DNA from: Candidatus Heimdallarchaeota archaeon
Lineage (GTDB): Archaea > Asgardarchaeota > Heimdallarchaeia > JABLTI01
Assembly (NCBI GenBank): GCA_030614005.1
Contig: JAUWKS010000028.1
Location: 1-32,000 of the forward strand
Direction of reading: 5' to 3'
DNA: 32,000 bases
Numbering within the stretch: the stretch's first letter is position 1; the number at the start of each line of letters is the position of its first letter. Below, piece after piece: positions 17,913-26,467 of this stretch. A program made the position numbers and the translations under genes. The notes beneath the pieces were generated by a model, which was given only the letters and a program-made list of their open reading frames with translations, ran no database searches and was not told the DNA's origin.

Positions 17913-19280
17913 TTAATTTTGAATATTAAATGAATCCCCAGCTTTAGGTATGTAAGTGATCTTCTTTCTATCAAATTCTTTCTGTACGGATTGTGCTGCT
18001 TCTTTAACACAATGAACAAATATGTACTTGTCACTGTTTATAGCTTTTAGCATTTTGACAAGTTCATTTCTTTGAGCGTGTCCTGAAAATTGGAATTGCT
18101 TCACTTTAGCTTTTATTTCAACATTGGTGCCTTGTCCTTTCCTACTTTTTGACCAATTGAATAACTGTATATTGCGTTCACCATCTATGATAGATCTCCC
18201 AATAGTTCCTTCAACTTGATAACCGGATATTGCAATAAGATTTTCAGGAATGCCTGCGCCATGCAAAAGGTAAGAATGCATTGGTCCTCCCTCAAGCATA
18301 CCTGAGGTGGAGAGAATGATGTTTGGTTTCTTTTCAGTAACAATCATTTTTCTGAATGTATCTAAATTATCGGCAATATTACGATTCATTGGAATAAAAT
18401 TCCGTAGATCAAAGGGAACTTCGATTCTATGATCTTTGCACCAACTAAGTATTTTTTTAGAAACCCAATATTCAGTGAAATAACTACGATAAATTCGGTT
18501 CATTTTCAAGAGCATTCCGTCCATGTAGATATTGAAATTGCTTCCAATGAACTCTCGAGCAAGAATCGCTTCTATTTCTTGTCCTCTCCCTAAAGCGAAA
18601 GTTGGGATTATTGTTATACCACTATTTCTTCTTGTATTATAGATTGCATCTACTATTGCGTGATTTGGTTTTTCTCTATTTGGTAAATCTCTCAAACCAT
18701 TTGTTGCTTCAGATATAACTACAGAAATGTCCTCAAGTTGTGGATATTTATTTGAATCGTGATAAGGAGTTGCGAAGGTATTAATGTCTCCTGTATAAAA
18801 AATAAGTTGTCCTTTCCAATTTAGCAAAATGCTTGCAGAACCTAATATATGTCCTGCGTCAAAAAATGTTGCAGTAACACCATCTGCAACTTTGAATGAT
18901 CTATCGTAATAATGAGTGCTAATTTGATACAGAGTATCATACATATTATCTTCAGTCCAATGTCTCCCGCCTTCGATTTTAAGATGATCTCTCCACAAAA
19001 CAGCGCAAATTTCTTTTGTGGGATGAGTCATATGGATATCTCCTCTATAGCCCAGCCTAACTAATTTTGGAATATAACCTGAATGATCAAAATGAGCGTG
19101 TGATAAAACAACCCCATGCAAATCTTTTGCTATTTCATCTATTCCTTCTGGGGCAACAGTAGGCTTTTTTGGACGAATTTTCAAACCACAATCTAATAGT
19201 ATTCTTGTATCTTTGTCTTCTAAGAGGATGGCACTTCGACCGATTTCTTGCGCTGCACCATATATTGTAATTTTTACCAA
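17913..19280 (-). CDS. MBL-fold beta-CASP ribonuclease without KH domains (COG1236 / aCPSF2-like)
   Basis: GAAQEIGRS, LLDCG, SHAHFDHSG, AGHILGS, YTGD, PTFALGRGQE, STSGMLEGG, GYQVEGT.GR, FSGHA. Confidence 0.92.
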   Translation of the reverse strand: MVKITIYGAAQEIGRSAILLEDKDTRILLDCGLKIRPKKPTVAPEGIDEIAKDLHGVVLSHAHFDHSGYIPKLVRLGYRGDIHMTHPTKEICAVLWRDHLKIEGGRHWTEDNMYDTLYQISTHYYDRSFKVADGVTATFFDAGHILGSASILLNWKGQLIFYTGDINTFATPYHDSNKYPQLEDISVVISEATNGLRDLPNREKPNHAIVDAIYNTRRNSGITIIPTFALGRGQEIEAILAREFIGSNFNIYMDGMLLKMNRIYRSYFTEYWVSKKILSWCKDHRIEVPFDLRNFIPMNRNIADNLDTFRKMIVTEKKPNIILSTSGMLEGGPMHSYLLHGAGIPENLIAISGYQVEGTIGRSIIDGERNIQLFNWSKSRKGQGTNVEIKAKVKQFQFSGHAQRNELVKMLKAINSDKYIFVHCVKEAAQSVQKEFDRKKITYIPKAGDSFNIQN

Positions 19281-19550
19281 TTAAGTTTCACAACCGATAA
19301 CATCTCAAATGTAAGTGAGATAATTTTGATGAAAACACATTCTGCAATAAGTGTTTCGATACTGCTTCTAATTAACTCACAAGAGTATTTTATTCTTCTT
19401 GTTGCAAAAAGAACGAATTTACACAATTGTGAAAGGTTTATTTTCAGAAAGTACCAGTAATATAATGATAATGTATGTTTAAATAAAGGTTTGATAATTT
19501 GATATACATTCTAAAATGTTAGTAATAGAAATAAAATCGAGGTTTTCTCA

Positions 19551-20243
19551 TTGAGTGATAAAGAAAAAATAAGTGATGCCTACCAAAATTTTGCAGAAGG
19601 GTTAGAAGAGATTGAAGAAGAAGATAAGGAAAAGCGAAAAGAAGTATTGAAGAAAGGGATAATGGATCTTGAGCAAGAATATCGTGATGAAATTAAAGGC
19701 ACTCATGCAGTTGATGCACGAATAGTTAAACTCCGAAAGGACGCAGATATGCCTGAATTGATTGGTGTTGGAGACCGTGTACAAAAGAGTCGATTTAAAG
19801 ACAAAAGCAAATATGAACAGTTTCTTGCCAAGGAAATATTAGAAGTAGGCATAGAGGAAAGTAAAAGTTATGGAGGAATTATGACCTTCAAAGAATTTTG
19901 TCTACGCTTTGTTAAACAAAGACCTAACTGGGAAGCACCTTCTAAGGAAATTAGAAAAGCTTTAGAATATCTCGCTAAAGCAGGACTCATTCCCAAATTA
20001 TATAAAATGAAGACTAAAGACAATCTGATTACGTTTAAACCTGTTGAATTACACGGTGATGTCATAACTGTTCTTAATATTGCATCAACTACTGGTTCAA
20101 TAAGCGTTGCAGAAATTGTGGCAATAATCGGATGGAAAAAAGAGCGTGTTGAATTAACGTTAAGAAATTTGTCTGAACAAGAAATGGCTTATTATGATAA
20201 AAAGGAAGATGTCTATTTCTTTCCGAGTTTAAGAAAGAAATAA
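19551..20243 (+). CDS. ESCRT-II subunit Vps22/Vps36 (EAP30)-like protein
   Basis: LAKEILEVG......GGIMTFKE, EIRKALEYL, PVELHGD...VLNIA...GSISVAEI...IGWKKERVELTLRNL...MAYYD.....YFFPSL follow the tandem winged-helix pattern of eukaryotic SNF8/Vps22. Confidence 0.85.
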   Translation: MSDKEKISDAYQNFAEGLEEIEEEDKEKRKEVLKKGIMDLEQEYRDEIKGTHAVDARIVKLRKDADMPELIGVGDRVQKSRFKDKSKYEQFLAKEILEVGIEESKSYGGIMTFKEFCLRFVKQRPNWEAPSKEIRKALEYLAKAGLIPKLYKMKTKDNLITFKPVELHGDVITVLNIASTTGSISVAEIVAIIGWKKERVELTLRNLSEQEMAYYDKKEDVYFFPSLRKK

Positions 20244-20334
20244 ACAGTTCATTTTCCTTTCAATTCAATTCTTCAAAAAGAATTATAAGTTCTCTCTTTT
20301 TGCTTTCGTACAACTATAAATTGGTCGTGAATAA

Positions 20335-21567
20335 TTGAAGAAGATCCTTATTGTTGATTATATAGTCGGAGGAGGATTTGCAGAAGAAGATCTCCCACTA
20401 GATCGTCTTGCAGAAGGTTATGCTATTTTACGAGCATGTGTAGAACATTTTGCTATGCTCGGTTATAAAATTTCTACCTTAATAGATCAAAGACTTATGC
20501 AACATATCCGAATCTCTCCAATACATGATTTCATTTCTGTTGCTACTTACGAAGATTTTATTACAGGATTACAAACTCTATCTGATAAAGTAGATTATTC
20601 AATGACTTCTGCACCTGAATCAAAAGGCATTTTGAAAGATCTTTCTTCACTAATGCAAAATTCAAAATCACTTTATCTTGGTAGTAAACCAGAATCAATT
20701 GAAATTGCTGCTGACAAAATAAAAACAATGGAACTTGCTAAGAAACTGGGTTTAAATGTTCCAGCTACCTTTTCCCCTTCGTATAACGACTCATTTGAGA
20801 AAATTCAGTCTGACGTAGATATCCTTGGATATCCCTTAATTATTAAACCAATTGACGGTAGTGGTTGCAAAGGATTAACTAAAGCAACCAATGCAGATGG
20901 TCTGCGATTTGGATTACAGTCTGCTCATTCAGTAACTAACATGGAGAACTGTATTGTTCAGGAATTCATCCCAGGAGTGCCTATCAGTGTGAGCATAATC
21001 GCAAAAAATGAGAAAGTATATCCTATTTCAATTAATCGCCAAAAACTTCGATTAGATTCCAAGAACTATACTGGTCACTATCTCGGTGGTGAAATTCCTT
21101 TTAGCATTCCTGAATATAAAGATGAAATTATTAAAACTTCTATAAAATTAGTGAAAGAAATGGGTTTACAAGGGTGTGTAGGTGTAGACCTTATCGCTGG
21201 AGAAGAAGGTGTATTTGTTATCGAAGTAAATCCTCGAATAACTGTGCCCTATATTGCCCTTAAAGAGATAACGTCTCAAAATCTTGCGCAAATTTTAGTA
21301 GATTTAATAGAACACGATAAAGAAGTTCCTGAAATTACCTTTAATGGTTGTGTAACCTTTTCCAAGGTTTCTATTCCATCTTCTGTTAGCAAAACAGCTC
21401 AGTTTGAGCGAGTCACAGGAATTGATGGTGTTCAAGCTCCTCCATTGTCCATTAGTAACAATTCTCAAATTTACTCTTTAATTATGGGTTTCGGGCCCAC
21501 TATTGCTCAAGCAAGAAAAGATTTCCAGCGAGTCAAAAATGAAGTTTTAAATAGCTTATCAGGTTAA
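20335..21567 (+). CDS. ATP-grasp ligase, COG1821 / MfnD (tyramine-L-glutamate ligase)-like
   Basis: ILIVDYIVGGG...L.EGYAIL N-terminus, IIKPIDGSGC, QEFIPG, GCVGVDLI, IEVNPRIT. Confidence 0.78.
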   Translation: MKKILIVDYIVGGGFAEEDLPLDRLAEGYAILRACVEHFAMLGYKISTLIDQRLMQHIRISPIHDFISVATYEDFITGLQTLSDKVDYSMTSAPESKGILKDLSSLMQNSKSLYLGSKPESIEIAADKIKTMELAKKLGLNVPATFSPSYNDSFEKIQSDVDILGYPLIIKPIDGSGCKGLTKATNADGLRFGLQSAHSVTNMENCIVQEFIPGVPISVSIIAKNEKVYPISINRQKLRLDSKNYTGHYLGGEIPFSIPEYKDEIIKTSIKLVKEMGLQGCVGVDLIAGEEGVFVIEVNPRITVPYIALKEITSQNLAQILVDLIEHDKEVPEITFNGCVTFSKVSIPSSVSKTAQFERVTGIDGVQAPPLSISNNSQIYSLIMGFGPTIAQARKDFQRVKNEVLNSLSG

Positions 21568-21670
21568 CTTCTTTTTTCCTGAAAAATAATTTTATATCTA
21601 TTTTTTAAAATTAGCTAGAAATAAAATAGGTTAGAGTCTCGAGAGAACTCAAATAATAAAATTAGAAGGT

Positions 21671-21910
21671 TTAGTTGGTACCACTACCAACTGCTAACTT
21701 CTCGATAACTTGTACTTTGCCGTCTTTAATTTGGACCATAATTCTTGTAACATAACCAGCGATTCTATTTCGCATACGTTTAGATTGAACGTTTGTAAGT
21801 TTATTAACAAGTAATTTGTTATGATCAAAGTCAATTGAGAGGTGCTGGTGATATTTAGCAACTAACTCTTTAGATGTTCTTTTGATTTTATCAGATCGAA
21901 TATTACCCAT
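21671..21910 (-). CDS. rps17e: 30S ribosomal protein S17e (eS17)
   Basis: MGNIRSDKIKR, DFDHNK, SKRMRNRIAGYVT; GGAGG SD upstream. Confidence 0.96.
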   Translation of the reverse strand: MGNIRSDKIKRTSKELVAKYHQHLSIDFDHNKLLVNKLTNVQSKRMRNRIAGYVTRIMVQIKDGKVQVIEKLAVGSGTN

Positions 21911-22218
21911 TGGCAATCCTCCGTAATATATTATAAATTGCCTAACTATCCTTTAATAAATCTTATCAACTATCTCTATTTTGAGAATATAGTTAATTAT
22001 AAGGTTCTACACTATTAACCGAGTGGAAAAATAACTTTAAATAATCTTCTTTTTTGTGTAAAGTAATTCCTAGATGATGGTAAACCTTATGAGGACTTTG
22101 TCATCTTAAAGTCTATGAAAAGTTTAAAAATAATGATTGATTTGACCGGTTACGGCTAAATCAAAGAAAGCAAAAATTCGGAAGAATAGACTATAGTCAA
22201 AAACCTAGGTGAAAGAAA

Positions 22219-24054
22219 TTGAATATTCGTTCAAAGAAATTTATGACATATGCACTTTTAGTTTTAGTGATACCCTTTGTCTCGCTAATGACATTAAAAC
22301 AACATGACGTTGCTGCTGAAAGTCCAACTATTAGTATTACTGATGTGACCTCTACTCCTACGTATCGAATTGATGTCACAGTTGAAATTACTTTAACTGG
22401 GTACAATTATGATTTGTATACCGAAACACTTTACTTGTATCTAAATCAATCTGAAGCAAATATCCTCATTGATCTTGCCGATGATGAATATACTGGTTAT
22501 AATTCTTCCAAAACTTTCGGTAGACAAGATGAAGCAACTTTTGAAGCTTCTATTCTTTCGCCAACATTATCTGATGGTTCAGGCGAAGATTCAGCTAAAT
22601 ATAATGTAACTGTTGTTGCTCTTACAAATACCGACGAACAAAGTGATATTGTTGCATGGAGCGGTGGTTACATTTTCATTGATACTGAACCTCCTAAGGT
22701 TATCTTTGATACCCCAGCAATAGGTTACGAAGAAGTTTGGGGAATTTACCAAATAAAAGCCAATATAACTGACATCTCAAATTTGAGCCTTGTCCAATTT
22801 TTTGTTAATGGTGAAGAACGACATAGAATTGAAAACCCTGATCCAGCACAAATAACATTTACTTGGGATTATGAAAGCTACAAAGAAGTTGCTGAAGAAC
22901 CTCTAATTAAGGTTGCAGCTTACGATAATAGTTCAGCAATGAATCTTGAGGATAATACTACAACAGTAAAAGTTGTAGGACCTTCCTTACAATTAGAACA
23001 ATCCATTCCAACAATCATCGACTCAAATGAAACTTTGTATTTTAATGCAACAATAACAGATACAAATAACCCTGAAATTGATCTTGATTATGTTGGACTC
23101 CTATACTCCATAGATGGAGGAGCATGGGTTGAAGTAGCATTCAATAATCTAACAGTAGATGAAGCAACTCAAGGTAAATTCAATTATACTCTTAGTCCAC
23201 AACCTGTGGGAACAATGATTGAATGGAAAATCTATGCAAATAATACTGATGGACAATATCATGAATTCAAGAATGAAACATATCAACCATTTGTAGCAAA
23301 ATCAGTATTTCCAGACCACATCCTACCAACAGGTGAAGTAGAATATGATACAACAGTAACTTATGGCTTAAATGTAACTGTGAAACTAAATGTAACAGAG
23401 CATAGTGTGGTTAACTTCTGCTATTTAAATTACAGAATTGATATAGAAGATGATTTTGAAGAGCTATTATTAACCAATACTACGACAGGCGCAACAAACG
23501 ATACTTGGTTCTATTTTGAATATAATTTCACAGAAACTTATGACGTATTTACTATTATTGACTTCTATTTCTGGGTAAATGATAGTGGTAGTAATGAACT
23601 CACTCTAGATGATGGAGGAAAATATTACCATATCAAAGTAATGCCAATCGATTTGGTTGCACCTGTGATCAACATCACCGCAGTACCAGAAACAATTGTT
23701 TCCGGTCAGAATATTACTATAACAGTAACCATTGAAGAATCCAGTATTCTACTCTCGGTTCAAGTATTTTATACTGTTAATGGTGAACAACATGTAGTTG
23801 ATATGACCTACGTGTCTGGAACAACATATTCTGCAAGCTTTGTAGTACATGCAAGCACAGGTGATAAAGTAGAAATCTTTGTGAGAGCATATGATGAATA
23901 CTATAATACTGCAGTTTCTGAAGTATACCAGTTCGATATCGAATCCGCAAAACCATCTGGATCACATTCAAACGCTTGGTTATGGTTAATGCTTATTGCT
24001 TTGATTATTATCCCACTAGCAATAACATTCGTATTACTAAAACCACAAAAATAA
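22219..24054 (+). CDS. Cell-surface glycoprotein with tandem Ig-like beta domains
   Basis: N-terminal signal peptide, repeated D..PP.(V/I) domain starts, YSIDGGAW and VRAYD motifs, about 21 N-x-S/T sequons by hand count, C-terminal TM helix plus KPQK. Confidence 0.85.
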   Translation: MNIRSKKFMTYALLVLVIPFVSLMTLKQHDVAAESPTISITDVTSTPTYRIDVTVEITLTGYNYDLYTETLYLYLNQSEANILIDLADDEYTGYNSSKTFGRQDEATFEASILSPTLSDGSGEDSAKYNVTVVALTNTDEQSDIVAWSGGYIFIDTEPPKVIFDTPAIGYEEVWGIYQIKANITDISNLSLVQFFVNGEERHRIENPDPAQITFTWDYESYKEVAEEPLIKVAAYDNSSAMNLEDNTTTVKVVGPSLQLEQSIPTIIDSNETLYFNATITDTNNPEIDLDYVGLLYSIDGGAWVEVAFNNLTVDEATQGKFNYTLSPQPVGTMIEWKIYANNTDGQYHEFKNETYQPFVAKSVFPDHILPTGEVEYDTTVTYGLNVTVKLNVTEHSVVNFCYLNYRIDIEDDFEELLLTNTTTGATNDTWFYFEYNFTETYDVFTIIDFYFWVNDSGSNELTLDDGGKYYHIKVMPIDLVAPVINITAVPETIVSGQNITITVTIEESSILLSVQVFYTVNGEQHVVDMTYVSGTTYSASFVVHASTGDKVEIFVRAYDEYYNTAVSEVYQFDIESAKPSGSHSNAWLWLMLIALIIIPLAITFVLLKPQK

Positions 24055-24066
24055 TCAAATTATTGA

Positions 24067-24086
24067 TTGAGGGTTTACTCCCTCAA
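24067..24086 (+). terminator. Hairpin after the surface-protein gene
   Basis: TTGAGGG-TTTACT-CCCTCAA 7-bp stem followed by a T-rich tract. Confidence 0.55.
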
Positions 24087-24337
24087 AATATCTCTTTTTT
24101 CATATCAAGTTTTAATAATTTTCTTAGTTAAATTTCTAAAAAAAATATGATTTATTAAAAGTAATTTTGAATTTTTAATTCCAAATTAATTAATTTTTTT
24201 GCCTCTCTTGCCTTAGAATAATTTTACTTGTTACTTTAGTAAAATATTTAAGAAATTAAGAAGCAACTATTAATATTTGAAAAGTATAAAAATAATTACA
24301 ATTAAAATTATTCAATTAACAGATATATGTACATTAA

Positions 24338-24832
24338 ATGAGCTCTCCCCAAATGATTCAGAATTTAATTATTATTAAAGATAGTTTATCAATTTTTAAT
24401 ACAAACTTTGGCAATTGCCATAAATTAGATTCTGATCCTTTATTGCTTTCAGCATTTTTTGATGCGCTCCTCATATTTGCAAATGAATTTGAACAAGGAA
24501 AATTAGAACAATTAAACTTTAAAGATACAAAAGTAAATTTCTATAGTAAAGATAAACTCCTCTTTTTAACCATTTCAGATTTAGACGATAAGCAAGGTGT
24601 AATTCAAACTAAATTGAAAAAAATTGCAAAATTCTTCTTAGATGAATATGCAGAAGTTTTAACAAATTATAACGGAGAGATATCTCAATTTTACGAATTC
24701 AAGGATTTATTAATTGAAGAGAAAATTGCCCAAATTAATTGTGGAAAGTATCCTGAATGTTCAAGTTGTCCAAATAGGGATAATGATAGTGTTATTCTTA
24801 CTGAAATGTTGAAAAATGACTCAATTGAATAA
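24338..24832 (+). CDS. Longin-like domain protein with C-terminal Cys cluster
   Basis: IQNLIIIKDSLSIF (beta hairpin), DPLLLSAFFDALLIFANE (helix), LEQLNF..TKVNF....LLFLTISD, KLKKIAKFFLDEY, FYEFKDLL match the longin topology seen in Asgard proteins; tail CGKYPECSSCP. Confidence 0.75.
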   Translation: MSSPQMIQNLIIIKDSLSIFNTNFGNCHKLDSDPLLLSAFFDALLIFANEFEQGKLEQLNFKDTKVNFYSKDKLLFLTISDLDDKQGVIQTKLKKIAKFFLDEYAEVLTNYNGEISQFYEFKDLLIEEKIAQINCGKYPECSSCPNRDNDSVILTEMLKNDSIE

Positions 24833-24973
24833 GATGATTTAGAAGAGATTTTTACAATATTTTATTCCTTGAAATTTTTTAGTTTTTGTGTGTCGTGCTG
24901 ATTCAATAATAATTTAAATTGGAAATTAAATAATGTTCTCAAATATATCAAGAGAAAATTAGGTGAGCTATCT

Positions 24974-25174
24974 ATGCCTGTAATAACAGTAGAAGGTTCA
25001 ATAAAGAGTGTTAACGAAAAAAGGAAATTGGTTGAATTGCTAACAAAAGCAATGAAAGAAGCTTATGGATATCCCGAAGAATTTTCACATATAACAGTGA
25101 TCATTAATGAGAATAGTTCTGAAAACATTGGAACCAATGGTAAGCTTCTGGTTGATATAAGAAAAAGTGAATAG
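24974..25174 (+). CDS. 4-oxalocrotonate tautomerase family protein
   Basis: Catalytic Pro-1 (MPVITVEG), EKRKLVELLT, ITVIINE...ENIGTNG; 66 aa. Confidence 0.9.
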   Translation: MPVITVEGSIKSVNEKRKLVELLTKAMKEAYGYPEEFSHITVIINENSSENIGTNGKLLVDIRKSE

Positions 25175-25180
25175 ATTTCT

Positions 25181-26153
25181 CTATTCCTCTTTCTTTAAAA
25201 CATACGCAAGTTTTACCCAATCTTCCTTGAACCCTTTAGCTTTGTAAAGATTGTAAGCAGGACTATTGGACAAATCAACATTCAGACTTGCAGTTTTATA
25301 GTCATTTTCTACCAATTTATTTAGCATTGTATCTATGAGAAATGAACCAATACTGAGTCTACGATATTTTGGATGTACACCCAATATCCAAAGATTGCCA
25401 TTTTGTGGTCCATGAGATTCTCTAACTACTGAAAAAGCAATCATTTTGTTATCTTCAAATATACCAAATGAGCTCTCATTGATTAATTTGAATGAATCAT
25501 CTATTATTCTATTTTCGAAATAATCTTTGATTTCATCATCAGATAAACTTTGCATCCATTTATCTTCGGTGTCTTTAAGTGTGCTATAAAAGCAATTGTA
25601 AAAGTCATCATTATTTGCATGCGAAATTGGTTTTATCTGTCGTTTGGTATCTACTTGCAGATGGCGTTGTTGATAATTAACAAGATCCATTCTCATATGA
25701 CAAATTTGTTCTATTAAGTCAAATTTATTCGAATCATATAGTTTCTTGAATAATTGTTCTTCTTCGGAACCTTCTTTGTTAAAAAGTAATTCAATCCGTG
25801 TATTACTCACTTTGATTAAAGTATTCAATTGCATCTTTGAGTAAATGCTTAGCAATATTCTCTTTGTCTTTATTGAGTCCTATAATTGGATGACCACCTA
25901 ATGCAAAAGGATTGAGCTCTAGTTCTGTTTTTGAATGTGCAAATAGCATTAACCATCCAACTAGTTGAGTATCACGTTTTGCTTGAATAATTTGAGGTTC
26001 AATGGTATATTCAAGATTTTTCAACCAATTAGTAAAATTATCTACTGTATATTGGTTCCCCTTAACATTCCAACTGTCTACTGATAATTTGGCTAGCTCT
26101 GCTAATTCGATTTCAGCATAATTATTTGTGATGTAAGTTATTTGATTGGCCAT
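25181..26153 (-). pseudogene. Tandem GNAT acetyltransferase split by a +1 frameshift
   Basis: 5' ORF ends ...EYFNQSE-TAA (25803). The +1 frame continues TRIELLF... to a C-terminal GNAT domain (LGVHPKYRRLSIG, NSPAYNLYKAKGF). Removing one base in GAGTAATACA restores a ~323-aa protein. Confidence 0.75.
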
Positions 26154-26467
26154 AATATCACACTCCTTGAAGAGGCAATGAAAATAGCATAGTCTGCAAA
26201 AATATCATGAATGTGTTAAAGGAGAAATAAAACAAAGAACAAATATTGACATTAAGAAAAAACTTGATTAGTTTGATCTTCTGGATGCAAATAAAAGTTG
26301 ATTGTTGTTTTTTCTAGAGTTGTTCAAAATTTCCAAACCATGTCATCTTCTACTTACCTCTTTTTTTCCTCTATTGACAACTTTGAATAGCAAAATATGC
26401 GATACAAAACAGAGCGTACTACTACTTGCAAAGGATATTTTTGCTCTTGATTGGAAACTAGAAAAAA

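Noticed and set aside
19302-19431. Several short inverted repeats in the beta-CASP/Vps22 intergenic region
   Set aside because: 6-bp stems and a 10-bp palindrome in AT-rich DNA are plausibly chance.
6019-21567. Possible RiPP-like cluster (TldD/E protease, two ATP-grasp ligases, MEMO1)
   Set aside because: The genes are scattered among housekeeping genes on different strands, with no precursor peptide, YcaO or transporter. Each family is common in archaea on its own.
26314-26346. SD-led 10-codon mini-ORF MTWFGNFEQL on the minus strand upstream of the GNAT pseudogene
   Set aside because: Too short to assess. It could be a gene remnant or leader peptide, but nothing in the sequence supports either.
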